Shown in pieces: positions 1 through 10,217 of a stretch of 64,000 nucleotides of DNA. Origin of the DNA: Polyangiaceae bacterium (lineage in GTDB: Bacteria > Myxococcota_A > Polyangia > Polyangiales > Polyangiaceae). Made by a program: the position numbers and the translations under genes. The notes under the pieces were generated by a model. The model had not been told where the DNA came from, ran no database searches, and saw only the letters and a list, made by a program, of their open reading frames with translations. The stretch covers positions 1-64,000 of the forward strand of contig JAPSGB010000021.1 in the NCBI GenBank assembly GCA_035063585.1, in the 5' to 3' direction. The stretch's first letter is position 1, and the number at the start of each line of letters is the position of its first letter.

Positions 1-1
1 G

Positions 2-178
2 TCGTCGCTCCCCGGCGCTTGCCAGCTCGAGACGCTCGCGCGGTTCGACCGCGCGAGCTTCGACGTCGCCCGACTCGGCGAGTCGGTGATGACCGCGCTC
101 CTGCTCGGTTGGGGCGCAGACGGCGCCGCGCTCGAGCGCGCGGCGCGCGAGGAGAGAAGAGGTGGAGCATCATGTTGA
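2..178 (+). CDS. 3' end of an unidentified gene running in from the window edge
   Basis: Frame 2 is open from the edge ([16 protein letters not shown]...GGASC*). Its TGA at 176-178 lies within the start of the next gene (ATG 172), suggesting coupling. Confidence 0.5.
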   Translation, partial: SSLPGACQLETLARFDRASFDVARLGESVMTALLLGWGADGAALERAAREERRGGASC

Positions 179-786
179 GACTCGCTTCCCCGTTCGCGTT
201 CGCGAGCGGCGCCTTCGCTTGGACCTTCGCCGAGTACGCCCTGCATCGCTTCGCGGGGCACGCCGACCGCGCGCCACGCTCCGCGACGCGGCGCCGCCGG
301 CTCTTCGACGGAGACTTCGGCTCCGAGCACCAGGCGCATCACGCCGACACGCGCTACTTCACGCCGACCTCGCACAAGGTCGTGGCCGCGGCGATCGCGG
401 TCACCGGGGTGGGCGTGCTCGCCTCGCTCCTCTTCGGGCCGCGGCGCGGCGTCTCGTTCGCGGCCGGCTTCGCAGGGGCCTACGCGGCCTACGAGATCGA
501 GCATCGGCGCACCCACACCCACGCGCCGACCGGGCCTCATACGCGGTTTACGCGGAGGCATCACCTCTCGCACCATTTCACGAACCCGAAGCTGAACCAC
601 GGCGTCACGACGCCGCTCTGGGATGTCGTGTTCGGGACATACCTCCGGCCGGGCGTCATCCGGATCCCGCGCCGTCACGCGCCGCCGTGGCTCGTCGATC
701 CGGAGACGGGCGAGGTGCGGGCCGAGCACCGCGCAGGCTACGCGCTCGCGCCCGCGAAGGGCGCGGAGGTGCGCGGGGTAGGGTAG
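172..786 (+). CDS. Fatty acid hydroxylase / sterol desaturase family membrane protein
   Basis: His boxes EYALHRF, EHQAHH, EHRRTH and [24 protein letters not shown] segments. Start taken at ATG 172 after GGAG. Confidence 0.85.
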   Translation: MLRLASPFAFASGAFAWTFAEYALHRFAGHADRAPRSATRRRRLFDGDFGSEHQAHHADTRYFTPTSHKVVAAAIAVTGVGVLASLLFGPRRGVSFAAGFAGAYAAYEIEHRRTHTHAPTGPHTRFTRRHHLSHHFTNPKLNHGVTTPLWDVVFGTYLRPGVIRIPRRHAPPWLVDPETGEVRAEHRAGYALAPAKGAEVRGVG

Positions 787-797
787 ACTCGGCGGCG

Positions 798-2417
798 ATG
801 CCCAAGCGTCTCCTCGCGCTCCCGCTCCTCGTCCTGCTCTTCGGATGTTCGGGTTCGGAGGAAGCGCCCTCGCGCGAGCTCCGATTTGGACCGATGGGCT
901 CGCTCACCGCGAGCGCCGGCAAGCGTGGGTTCCGCTTCGGCGCGGCGAGCGCTGCCACCCAGATCGAGGACCAGAACCCGAACACGGACTGGTACCTGTG
1001 GACGAAGCCGGTGGCCGAGGGCGGGCTCGGCCAGGGCAAGGCGTTCGTCGGGGACGCGGTGCGAGGCTACTCGCGCGCGCTCGACGACATCTCGCTCGTG
1101 ACGGCGATGCACCTCGACTCGTATCGGTTCAGCGTCGAGTGGGCGCGCGTCGAGCCGACCCGCGGTCACTACGATGAAGACGCCCTCGCGCACTACTCCG
1201 CCGAGCTCGACGCGCTCGCTCGGGCCGGCATCCGCCCGATGCTCACCGTGCACCACTTCTCGAACCCGGTCTGGGTGGACGACCCGCGCGATCCCGACTG
1301 CAGCGGCGGACCGAGGGACGAGAACCTCTGCGGGCTCGGTCACCCGGAGGGCGGGCCGCTCGTGATCGACGCGATGAAGGACTTCGCGAAGCTGCTCGCC
1401 GAGCGCTTCGGCGACCGCGTGGACGAGTGGGCGACTCTGAACGAGCCTGTGAACTACCTCGTGGCGAGCTACGGCGTGGGCCAGTTCCCGCCGGGGAAGC
1501 GGTACCTCTTCCAGCTCCTCGAGCGGTTCGTGCCGGTGGTGCGCGACTATTTCTCCGCGCACGCCGCCATGTACGCCGCCATCCACGCCGCCGACACCGT
1601 GGATGCCGACGGTGACGGGCGCGCCGCCGACGTGGGGCTGACGCTCAGCGTGGCCGAGTGGGTGCCGGGGCGATTCGGCGAGCCGAGCGAGCACCCGGAG
1701 GATGTCGCCGCGCGCGACGCGGTGGTGCGCGTCTACCATCACCTCGCGATCGAATCGCTCCGCGGCGGGAACTTCGACGCCGATCTCGACGGTACCCCCG
1801 ACGAGGAGCAGCCCGAGTGGAAGGGGACGCTCGACTGGCTCGGCGTGCAGTATTATTTCCGCGCCGGGGTGACCGGGAACAGCGGGATCATCCCGGTGCT
1901 CCACGCGACCCCGTGCTTCAGCGGCCTCGACATCGGCGGAGCCTGCATCGCGCCGCTCGATCGCTCCTTCTGCGTGCCCGAGATGGGCTACGAGTACCAC
2001 GCCGAGGGGCTCTACGAGGTGCTCGCCGACTTCGGAGCGCGCTGGCCAGACTTGCCGCTGGTCGTCACCGAGGGCGGCATCGCGACGCACGTGGGCGAGC
2101 GTCGCGCCGAGAATGTGGTCCGCACGCTCGAGCAGATCGACCGCGCCCGTCGCGCCGGAGTGGACGTCCGCGGCTACTATCACTGGAGCCTCACCGACAA
2201 CTTCGAGTGGGCGGAGGGCTACGGACCCCGGTTCGGGCTTTACTCCGTGGATGACGGGACCGACGAGCGCTGGCCCACGCTCGGCGCCGAGGTGCTCGGA
2301 GAGATCGCCGCGGCGCGCCGCGTGAGCGGAGCGCTCCGAAGCACGTACGGAGGGTCGGGCCCCATGACGCCTGACCCGGAATTTTCCGACGATGCCGAAT
2401 TTTGTACCGGGAAGTGA
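798..2417 (+). CDS. Glycoside hydrolase family 1 (beta-glucosidase-like) lipoprotein
   Basis: Lipobox LLFGC; motifs [28 protein letters not shown] (acid/base), VTEGG (nucleophile) and [12 protein letters not shown]. Confidence 0.9.
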   Translation: MPKRLLALPLLVLLFGCSGSEEAPSRELRFGPMGSLTASAGKRGFRFGAASAATQIEDQNPNTDWYLWTKPVAEGGLGQGKAFVGDAVRGYSRALDDISLVTAMHLDSYRFSVEWARVEPTRGHYDEDALAHYSAELDALARAGIRPMLTVHHFSNPVWVDDPRDPDCSGGPRDENLCGLGHPEGGPLVIDAMKDFAKLLAERFGDRVDEWATLNEPVNYLVASYGVGQFPPGKRYLFQLLERFVPVVRDYFSAHAAMYAAIHAADTVDADGDGRAADVGLTLSVAEWVPGRFGEPSEHPEDVAARDAVVRVYHHLAIESLRGGNFDADLDGTPDEEQPEWKGTLDWLGVQYYFRAGVTGNSGIIPVLHATPCFSGLDIGGACIAPLDRSFCVPEMGYEYHAEGLYEVLADFGARWPDLPLVVTEGGIATHVGERRAENVVRTLEQIDRARRAGVDVRGYYHWSLTDNFEWAEGYGPRFGLYSVDDGTDERWPTLGAEVLGEIAAARRVSGALRSTYGGSGPMTPDPEFSDDAEFCTGK

Positions 2418-2634
2418 CCGCGCGTCGCGGTCCCCGTCGGTCCCCTGAGATCATCCGGCACCCCCTCTACCCTTCGGGATCGTCGGCGGCCCGATGTTCG
2501 GGCTTGGTTTCCGGCCGGGCTCGGTGTACGTCCGCGGCCCCGGTCGGCTCTTCCCGTTAGCGGACTAACGTGAGGGTCGTCGTCGGGGCGGACACTCGCG
2601 GCACGGTAGCCTCGGTTTTCCGCGGTTTCGATGT

Positions 2635-2650
2635 TGGCCTGCCTATTGCT
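2635..2650 (+). promoter_or_regulatory. Putative sigma-54 (-24/-12) promoter for the giant metalloprotease gene
   Basis: TGGCCTGCCTATTGCT has GG-N10-GC spacing with TGGC and TTGC, about 85 nt upstream of the start. Confidence 0.5.
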
Positions 2651-2733
2651 TGCGGCAGGCCCAACTGGGTGTCGGCCCTGCTCCGAGTGTCGATGTCCGG
2701 ACCTCCGTTACGAAACACCCAAGGGGTAATGTG

Positions 2734-5700
2734 ATGAAGTCGAACTGGTTACAGCGATTCGCCTTGGCGGGTGCGCTGCTCACTGTCGGTATCGTCGGCT
2801 GCGCCGAAGAGCGCGCGCCCATCAACCAGGTGCAGGCCGACGCGCTCGACAAGCACTTCTTCGTCGGCAAGAGCATCAGCGACGACGCGGACAACCCCGA
2901 GTTCTACTGGCGCAACTACGTCATCGGCGGGACGACGAGCCAGTCTCTGGTCGGAACCGGTAGCTGGAGCGGCATCGATCGCGTGAAGTGGGAGGTCACC
3001 GAGAACACCCTGATCGCCCGCAAGGCGTATCAGATCGCCAAGGGTGCGGACCCCTACGGCGTCCCGGAGAAGGTGAACGGAGTGGTCGTGGCGGCTTACC
3101 GCATCACGAGCCACTTCGACATCAAGCGGGCCTACAACCCGCAGACCGGTGAGGAGCTCAACGTCGTCACCGAGAACATGAGCGACCGACCCTGGTACCA
3201 GCGCGAGTACATGCGCGTGGACTGGTCGACGAACCTCGTCGAGAGCCCGATGTGGTTCGACATGTTCTACGGGAACATCTTCGGCCACATCGGCGTCACC
3301 CCGGTGTCCTACTACGTGAACGATCCGAAGAGCGACGAGGCGCCGCACTTCGAGGTCAAGGACGGTTATTTCGACATAACCAATAAGTTCTACGTCTCGC
3401 CGGACACCACGCAGATGTGGGGGATCGAGATCCCGACCTGCGTCCTGGTCGGCCTCTTCACCGGGTCGGCGACCTTCAACTGCGACGCGCAGGAAGCGAC
3501 CATCCGGAGCTCGTACTGGAAGGTCAACCCGAACGACGACTTCGAGCCTCTCGAGAACACCGTCGCCCCGCTCGACGTGGTCGGTAACCCCGGCGGCATC
3601 GGTGACAGCTTCCAGGTCGGTATCGTGACGGCGGGACAGCAGGGCTGGGATCCGGCGTACGGCTACGTGGACAAGCTCTATCACCGCTTCGCTCACATCC
3701 ACAACAACTGGGTCGCGAGCCACCAGCAGGGCACGAGCTGCAACTCGAACCGCGATTCGGACAACGACGGCTCGGCCGATCAGTGCGCGAATTCGAAGAC
3801 CGGCTACGCGGGCGCGAAGGGCTCGCAGTGCGACGTCTTCGTCGGAAAATGCACGCTCCCCTATCGCGACCGTCAGGTGAAGCCCATCGGCTACTGGGTC
3901 AACCAGGAGATGCCGGCGGACCTCATGGATCCGGTGGACGAGCAGGGTAACAAGACCAACGGCGACGCCCGCGGACCCTCCGAGGACCTCCTCTACTCGT
4001 GGAACCAGCTCATGTCGGGCGCGCTCGCGTACGCCCGCGAGGTCGAGTGTCGTCGCACCGGCGACGGTGAGCGCGCCGCCTGCCACGACCAGTTCTTCAA
4101 CAAGGACCAGGTCATGCTGAGCTACGGCGCGTGGCTGGTCGACGACCCCAAGGAGGAGACGCCCGCGCTGGTCCTCTGCCACAACCCGGTGCGGCCGTAC
4201 GACCGCCAGGAGACCTGCGGCGAGACGGGCGCCATCGCGCGCACCGGCGACGTCCGCAAGAACTTCCTCTTCTACTGGCCCTACGACTCCCGCGCGCCCT
4301 GGGGCGGCATCGCCAACTGGAACGCGGATCCGGTGACCGGCCAGATCTTCGGCGCTGCGGCGCAGATCATGGGCCGCTCGGCGACCTACGCCGCGGGCCT
4401 GCAGCGCGACATCCTGCAGGTCGCGCAAGGTGATCGCACCATCGAGGAGATCACCAACGGCACGCCGGCTGCGAACTACGCGCACTACATGAAGAACGGC
4501 TACTCGCCGATGACCCTCGACAACGCCGAGATCCAGGCGAGGGTGAACCAGGTGGACAGCGATCACCTGGCGCGCACCGTGCCGGTCGAGCGACTCGCGG
4601 GGACGACCGTCGCGCAAAAATACCGAAGCTTCGTCACGATGCAGAAATCGATGACGCCCGATCCGCTGGTCCAGTCGACCGCGCTCGCGGACTTTGGAGC
4701 ACGCGTGAAGCCGCTCCTCGGTACCCCGATCGAGACCGCGTTGCTCGACTCGCACTGGATGGTCGGCGCGCTCGGCTGGAGCCCGGCCACCCCCTTGAAC
4801 GACACGGTGCTGAGCGTAGCTTCGCCGCTCCGCGCGCTCGACCGCGGCACCGTGCACGCTTGGCAGAACATGGTCCAGGACAAGCTCCGGGCCCATGGCG
4901 TCTGCTACATGGACAACGAGGCGCCCATGATCGGCAGCTACTCGCTGCCCGGTCTCGCCAAGTACTTCATGGACAAGTATCCGAACATGTCGGCGCAAGA
5001 GCGCGGCGAGAAGATCTATCACGACCTCTGGATCGAGGCTTACAAGGGCATCGCGATCCACGAGATCGGGCACTCGCTCGGCATGCTCCACCAGTTTGCC
5101 TCGTCCTGGGACTCGGTGAACTTCTTGCCGCAGTACTGGCAGCTCCGAACCGACGAGAAGGCGGTAAACCAGACCGTCGCCTGTAGCGGGGCGCAGTCGA
5201 ACGGCACGACCTGCATGGGGCCGCGCTACCTCGATCCCGAGACCCTCGACGAGCAGGGCCTCGACGCCGAGTCCCGACCGGGCCTCGACTACTTCGGTAG
5301 CAGCTCGGTCATGGAGTACCAGATCGAGCGCTTCGGCGAGACGGTGGGCCTCGGCACCTACGACCGTCACACGATGAACGCGCTCTACGGCCGCGTCCTC
5401 GAGACGATGGACGAGAGCGTGTATTCGCCCGCCGACCAGCTCGCGTTCGCCCCGCGCCTCGAGACTCAGCTCACCGAGCAGGACCGCATCCAGCGGAGCA
5501 TCCCCGCGCTCGGCGGCGTCTCGGCCTGGCCGACGCACTACACCGAGGTCGCTCGCCAGATGAAGGTGTTCGACCCGAATCGCGACTGCCGCGCCGCCAC
5601 CGACGCGGAGCGGGCGCTCGGCGAGTGGCGTATCGTGCACGGAAAGGTCTGCGCATCGACTCCGCGCGATCACGCCGCCTGGGGTGACTTCGTCAGCACG

Positions 5701-7116
5701 GCGAACCCGGTAGACAATCAGACCGCGCCGTACTGGCAGGTGCGCGGGGACGCGAAGACCTCGCCGAGCGCGGTCCGCTGGTGGTACCGGTTCGGTACCA
5801 GCCACAACGCCTACTTCCACACGAACGACAGCGATGCGGGCGCGGATCCGTACGAGGTTACGCGAAACACGGTCCGCGTGTTCGACCTCACCTACCCATT
5901 CCAGTACTTCCGGCGTCAGAACCGCGAGTACAACTACTACCAGGGGATCGCCTCGCGAGTGGCCGACCGGTTCTTCGATCGGATGCGCTCCTATCACTGG
6001 CTCGTCGCCAACTCGTCGGCCTTCTACAAGGACTTCGGCGATACCGTCTGGTCGGCCATCGCCAACGACGATAACTGGCACAAGCCGTACCTCGTCGCAG
6101 AGGCTGACATGTTCGGCCTCCTGACTCGCGCGGTCCTCATGCCGCAGCCCGGAGCGTACAACGCGATGGGGATCGATCCGGGTCAGAACGAGGCGTACTA
6201 CGACACCGGCTCCAACAGTCAGTTCGCGCCGGCCTTCACGATCCAGGCGGTCGACGGGCGCTTCATCGACGAGAACTTCAACAGCGATCCGGATGCCGGT
6301 GGTTCGTGGGACTACCTCCACTGGATGAACCACGCCGGGTTCTCCACCGAGAAGGCGTACGCGGTCTCCGCGCTCACCGATGGTCGCCCGAACCTCTCCA
6401 CCATCAGCCGCGAGAACTACCTCGACGGACGTGGCGTGAAGATCAACTTCCGGAACGACCTGCCGGACGCCGTCGATCGCCTGGTGGGCGGCATCCTCTC
6501 CGAGGACTGGGAGACGACGGGCATGGCGATCGTGCCGGGAGGAGCCTCGTCGACCCCGCAGCTGCTCGACTTCATGAAGCCGACTCCGACGCGGGCCGCA
6601 GGCTCGATGGTGACCTTCCCGAACATCGGCTACCGCCAGCAGCTGTTCGCGACCGTGTTCGCGTCGATCTACTCTCGCGAGAACTCGGACATGACGCTCG
6701 TGAACAAGATGCGTATCTGGCTGCAAGGTAGCGTCGAGGAGATCACGGTGCCGGACGCCGACCAGATCCGCTTCACCGATCCGGTGAACGGTTACACCTA
6801 TGTCGCGCGGAAGTATGGCGACCAGGTGGTGGCCGGGAAGACGGTGGACAAGGGCATTGCGTCGCGCATGCTGGTCCGCGCCAACGCGCTCTTGGCGGCG
6901 GCGTACAAGGTCCAGACGGACGGCAGCGGCAAGGCGGTCCTCGACGCGTTCGGGCAGCCGACGCTGACCCTCGACGCGGATGGCCAGCCGCAGTACGCCG
7001 ACCCCGCGGGAACCATGGCCGGCAAGCTCACGATGTACGTGGGCCTGCTGGACACCACGCGGCAGATTGGGCACCTCCTCGGTTACGGGCCGCTGACCGC
7101 CGGCAGCGGAGACTGA
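2734..7116 (+). CDS. Large (~1460 aa) zinc-dependent metalloprotease (metzincin) lipoprotein
   Basis: Lipobox IVGC; HEIGHSLGMLH zinc motif (~5059-5091); Met-turn SSSVMEY; AAGGGG SD before GTG-ATG. Confidence 0.85.
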   Translation: MKSNWLQRFALAGALLTVGIVGCAEERAPINQVQADALDKHFFVGKSISDDADNPEFYWRNYVIGGTTSQSLVGTGSWSGIDRVKWEVTENTLIARKAYQIAKGADPYGVPEKVNGVVVAAYRITSHFDIKRAYNPQTGEELNVVTENMSDRPWYQREYMRVDWSTNLVESPMWFDMFYGNIFGHIGVTPVSYYVNDPKSDEAPHFEVKDGYFDITNKFYVSPDTTQMWGIEIPTCVLVGLFTGSATFNCDAQEATIRSSYWKVNPNDDFEPLENTVAPLDVVGNPGGIGDSFQVGIVTAGQQGWDPAYGYVDKLYHRFAHIHNNWVASHQQGTSCNSNRDSDNDGSADQCANSKTGYAGAKGSQCDVFVGKCTLPYRDRQVKPIGYWVNQEMPADLMDPVDEQGNKTNGDARGPSEDLLYSWNQLMSGALAYAREVECRRTGDGERAACHDQFFNKDQVMLSYGAWLVDDPKEETPALVLCHNPVRPYDRQETCGETGAIARTGDVRKNFLFYWPYDSRAPWGGIANWNADPVTGQIFGAAAQIMGRSATYAAGLQRDILQVAQGDRTIEEITNGTPAANYAHYMKNGYSPMTLDNAEIQARVNQVDSDHLARTVPVERLAGTTVAQKYRSFVTMQKSMTPDPLVQSTALADFGARVKPLLGTPIETALLDSHWMVGALGWSPATPLNDTVLSVASPLRALDRGTVHAWQNMVQDKLRAHGVCYMDNEAPMIGSYSLPGLAKYFMDKYPNMSAQERGEKIYHDLWIEAYKGIAIHEIGHSLGMLHQFASSWDSVNFLPQYWQLRTDEKAVNQTVACSGAQSNGTTCMGPRYLDPETLDEQGLDAESRPGLDYFGSSSVMEYQIERFGETVGLGTYDRHTMNALYGRVLETMDESVYSPADQLAFAPRLETQLTEQDRIQRSIPALGGVSAWPTHYTEVARQMKVFDPNRDCRAATDAERALGEWRIVHGKVCASTPRDHAAWGDFVSTANPVDNQTAPYWQVRGDAKTSPSAVRWWYRFGTSHNAYFHTNDSDAGADPYEVTRNTVRVFDLTYPFQYFRRQNREYNYYQGIASRVADRFFDRMRSYHWLVANSSAFYKDFGDTVWSAIANDDNWHKPYLVAEADMFGLLTRAVLMPQPGAYNAMGIDPGQNEAYYDTGSNSQFAPAFTIQAVDGRFIDENFNSDPDAGGSWDYLHWMNHAGFSTEKAYAVSALTDGRPNLSTISRENYLDGRGVKINFRNDLPDAVDRLVGGILSEDWETTGMAIVPGGASSTPQLLDFMKPTPTRAAGSMVTFPNIGYRQQLFATVFASIYSRENSDMTLVNKMRIWLQGSVEEITVPDADQIRFTDPVNGYTYVARKYGDQVVAGKTVDKGIASRMLVRANALLAAAYKVQTDGSGKAVLDAFGQPTLTLDADGQPQYADPAGTMAGKLTMYVGLLDTTRQIGHLLGYGPLTAGSGD

Positions 7117-7138
7117 GCGGCTACCGAGGGGCGAGCCG

Positions 7139-7169
7139 GTCGAGGCTCGGCAATCCGCCGGGCCTCGAC
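7139..7169 (+). terminator. GC-rich 3' hairpin (terminator-like or mRNA-stabilising), no U-tract
   Basis: GTCGAGGCTCGGC-aatcc-GCCGGGCCTCGAC is a 13-bp stem with one G-U pair, 22 nt after the stop. Confidence 0.5.
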
Positions 7170-7295
7170 GCCGTAGCCACGCTCGGTGTCGGTCATGACA
7201 CGCTCGGCGCGCCATCAACCGGAGGCCGATGCGCCTCGCGCACCGGCCGACGGGCACGAATGCGCCGGCGGAGTTCGTGGTAGCGTCTTTTCACC

Positions 7296-7937
7296 ATGAC
7301 GGCTTCACGCCGCAAGCGAGTGACGGTGGGTGTCGCGGCCGGCCTCGTCGTGGTCGGGGCGGCGTACGGCTACAACATCTATCAGAACGTAGCCGGCGCG
7401 AGCCGCGCGGGGGCGGCGTGCGACCGCTTCATCGACGCCACCCGCGCGTCTCAGACGCTCACTCGCGCGTGGTTCGCCAAGGTATTTCCCGACGTCGCGG
7501 CGGTCGAGCGTGACAACGTCGGCGGCGCGACCGATCTGTGCGACGCCGTGCGCGGCCGGCTCGCCTGGTGGCGGTGGAACCTCGGTGCCCAGTGGTTCCA
7601 GCCGCCGAGCAACGCAGAGCGCGCCCACCGACTCCGCACCGCGCTCGATGCTGCGATCAAGGCTTGCCCGGGGGTCGCCGAAGAGATGCTGAAGGCGTCG
7701 CCGTTCTTCACCCGGCCGGCCAAAGACGACGAAGAGCAGAAGTCGCGCGAATCGGAGAAGAAGCGGCTCGTCTCGGCGATGTGCCACACATACTCCGAGG
7801 CGCGCGATCGCGTGGACGAGACGGCACCCAGCCTACCTATTTGGTCATGGCCGGAGCGACTCGAGGTGCTCGCCGCGAACGCCGAGCGTCTCGCGCGCAT
7901 CCGCCCCGGTAAGCCGACGGCCCCCGCGCCGCGGTGA
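7296..7937 (+). CDS. Hypothetical protein with N-terminal membrane anchor
   Basis: Basic N-terminus followed by a hydrophobic helix; typical codon bias; four Cys. Confidence 0.65.
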   Translation: MTASRRKRVTVGVAAGLVVVGAAYGYNIYQNVAGASRAGAACDRFIDATRASQTLTRAWFAKVFPDVAAVERDNVGGATDLCDAVRGRLAWWRWNLGAQWFQPPSNAERAHRLRTALDAAIKACPGVAEEMLKASPFFTRPAKDDEEQKSRESEKKRLVSAMCHTYSEARDRVDETAPSLPIWSWPERLEVLAANAERLARIRPGKPTAPAPR

Positions 7938-8014
7938 TGGGCCAGCGCTCGAGGGCGGACCGAGGAGGGGGAGGGGGCCGGTCCGGCGCGCGGGCCACGC
8001 TGGGCGTCAGAGGC

Positions 8015-8437
8015 TCAGCCGATGCTTGCTCCGAAGAGCTCGCGGAAGCGCTCCTGATCGCGCTCGGTAGTGCGCCCGACCAGCCCGACGCGGAGTGAGA
8101 TCGTGATCTCGTCGTTCCACGGCCACCACAGACCGTAGGCGAGGACGCCCACTACCGGACCCGTGCCAAAAACGAGCTGATCCGACCTCAGCCCCCCCGC
8201 GTTCTCGACCAACTCGCGCACCAGAGAAGGCGCGGCGCTCAGCGTCAGCTTGTTCCACTCGCTCGGCAGCGCGAGCCCGACCGCGCCTCGCGCTTCGCGC
8301 TGGTCCTCGATATTGAACGAGGAGGCGATGCATCCGAGGCGGCTGTCCCAGCTCCAGCCTCCTCCGGGCCACGCTCGCTGCAGCCGGCCGAGCTCGGCGA
8401 AGAGCGGATCGAGTGAGCTTCCGATTCCTCCCACCAT
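8015..8437 (-). CDS. Hypothetical protein (Trp-rich, 140 aa)
   Basis: Globular-looking composition, unlike the Arg/Ala-rich shadow frames; TAAGTT box 6 nt upstream. Confidence 0.65.
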   Translation of the reverse strand: MVGGIGSSLDPLFAELGRLQRAWPGGGWSWDSRLGCIASSFNIEDQREARGAVGLALPSEWNKLTLSAAPSLVRELVENAGGLRSDQLVFGTGPVVGVLAYGLWWPWNDEITISLRVGLVGRTTERDQERFRELFGASIG

Positions 8438-8648
8438 GCCGAGAACTTAGGACAACCTTCGGGATTCGGAAAGAGGCGTCGTGCGCGACGGAGTCTGGTC
8501 GGGCTCGCTGGCTTCGGCCACGGCGCCGCCCAGCGGCACGGCCGGGCGGGATGGTTTCCGTCAGGAACGGCGACACGGCGTCTCCTCCCCCCTCCGGGGT
8601 TCGCGCCGGACCGACACCCCCGGTCGACCGGATCGGGGTCGCGAGGCC

Positions 8649-10217
8649 TCAGGCCCGCTGCTCCAGGGTCTCACGGTCGAGCGTCTCGCGAGCGCGGTCG
8701 TAGAAGCTCTGCGCCTCGGCCATGGAGGAGCCGATCGCCGTCAGGCCGAGCTTACCGTATTGCGACAGGGCTCCGAGCAGGTGGAAGACGACCCCGGTCT
8801 CTTTCCAGGGCTGATAGTGGAGCTCGTGGATCGCGGCGATGTCGAGCAGGTCCTCCGGGAGCAGCCCGCGATAGTGGCGCGCCATGAGCGTATCGGTCGA
8901 CACATAGAAGCGAGGCTCACCCCGTCGCGTGAGGTAGAGCCCCTGCTCCGGATCGTAGGCGCCATCGTTCAGGAGCTTCATGGTCATGATGGGATGGGTG
9001 GTGCCGGTCATGCGGAGGTTGATCTCGACGGCGTAGCGTGACCACACGCCGTGCTCGTCCTCCACGGTGATGAAGTCGACCCCGACGCGCCCGATGCAGC
9101 CTCGTTGGACGAGCACCCGGCCAACCGCCATCGCGTCTTCTTGGAGCGCCAGCCGATAGGCGTCGTCCGCCGGGAAACGACAGCCGAGGTACACCTGCCC
9201 GCTCGCCCCCCCGAGCACCTGGTCATGGGTGCTCATGGGCTCGAGTTGTCCGCGCGGGTTGATGCGGAGCTGCGCGCTCGGGCTGGTGGAGCGCCGCCCC
9301 TCCAAGTAGAGCTCGACGACGCCTCCGATTCGCTCGAGCTCGCTGCGAAAGCGCGGCCAGGTCTCGTCCCGGCTCGCGAAGTCGAGCCCCGTGAGCGCCT
9401 CCAGCACCGCGTCGACCCGGGCCCCGTGGGGAGCACGCAGGGGAGCCACGCGCCCGAGCCCGGCGAGCGACAACACCGCGTTCCCCGCCCCGCTGAAGCC
9501 CTGATCGAGCTTTACGATCATGCGGCGGGTGGTCGGGTGCGCCTCCCAGAGCGTCGCGATGTTCTCAGCGACCTCCGCCTCCGACCGAACGTTCTCGACG
9601 CCCGGCGGCATCGAGACCCCTGCCTCGCGAAAGGCCGCCCGCGAGCCGCTCTTGGTGCCGAGGTACAAGAGCTCCGGATCGACCCCGTAGAGCGGGATCC
9701 CGAGCGCGACCGCGAGCTGGCGTTCTCGAGGGCTGACGGTGAACACGGTCATGTGCGCTCGCTCGGGATCGATCATGTCGCGAATGCGCTGGATGAGGCG
9801 CGGCCGCTCGAGCACCTTCTCGGTCAGGCTGCGCGGGGTGCCGTCATACGTGCTGAGGAGCGTGACCCGCTGCCGCGCGTGCGCGGTCGGGATCCCGCCG
9901 AGCAGTGCCAGGTAGTAGTCGACCAACGCCGGATCGAGCGGCTGAGACGTCACGTAGACGAGGCGAGCGCGCGGGTTGCGGAGTCGTCCCAGGGTGAAGA
10001 GCATCCGCTCTTCGTAGTGGTTGATGCCCGGGATTGCTCCGAGCTGAAACCCGTCCAAGGACAGCGAGGGGATGACGACGATGTCGCTCGGCCCCGACTC
10101 GACGTCGTGGACGCGCTGCCAGCGCTCGGCAAGTTTCTGCTGAAGCAGCTTGAATTCGTGGCGTTCCAGCTCGGGAGTGGGCGGCGGCGGCGGGCGATGA
10201 CTCGGGTGCTTGGTCAT
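8649..10217 (-). CDS. Peptide ligase PGM1-related ATP-grasp protein
   Basis: IVVIPSLS, HYEERML, LGTKSGSR, VKLDQGFSGAGNA, SPSAQ, VGVDF and EINLRMTGTTHP match the pre-ATP-grasp / ATP-grasp / PGM1_C layout. Confidence 0.8.
   Translation of the reverse strand: MTKHPSHRPPPPPTPELERHEFKLLQQKLAERWQRVHDVESGPSDIVVIPSLSLDGFQLGAIPGINHYEERMLFTLGRLRNPRARLVYVTSQPLDPALVDYYLALLGGIPTAHARQRVTLLSTYDGTPRSLTEKVLERPRLIQRIRDMIDPERAHMTVFTVSPRERQLAVALGIPLYGVDPELLYLGTKSGSRAAFREAGVSMPPGVENVRSEAEVAENIATLWEAHPTTRRMIVKLDQGFSGAGNAVLSLAGLGRVAPLRAPHGARVDAVLEALTGLDFASRDETWPRFRSELERIGGVVELYLEGRRSTSPSAQLRINPRGQLEPMSTHDQVLGGASGQVYLGCRFPADDAYRLALQEDAMAVGRVLVQRGCIGRVGVDFITVEDEHGVWSRYAVEINLRMTGTTHPIMTMKLLNDGAYDPEQGLYLTRRGEPRFYVSTDTLMARHYRGLLPEDLLDIAAIHELHYQPWKETGVVFHLLGALSQYGKLGLTAIGSSMAEAQSFYDRARETLDRETLEQRA

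Noticed and set aside
2749..7257. 1502-aa antisense ORF (also 29555-33064+, 54293-56263+, 9051-10766+ and similar)
   Set aside because: These are shadow frames produced by GC3 codon bias of real genes on the opposite strand. They carry no motifs and have skewed Arg/Val/Asp composition.
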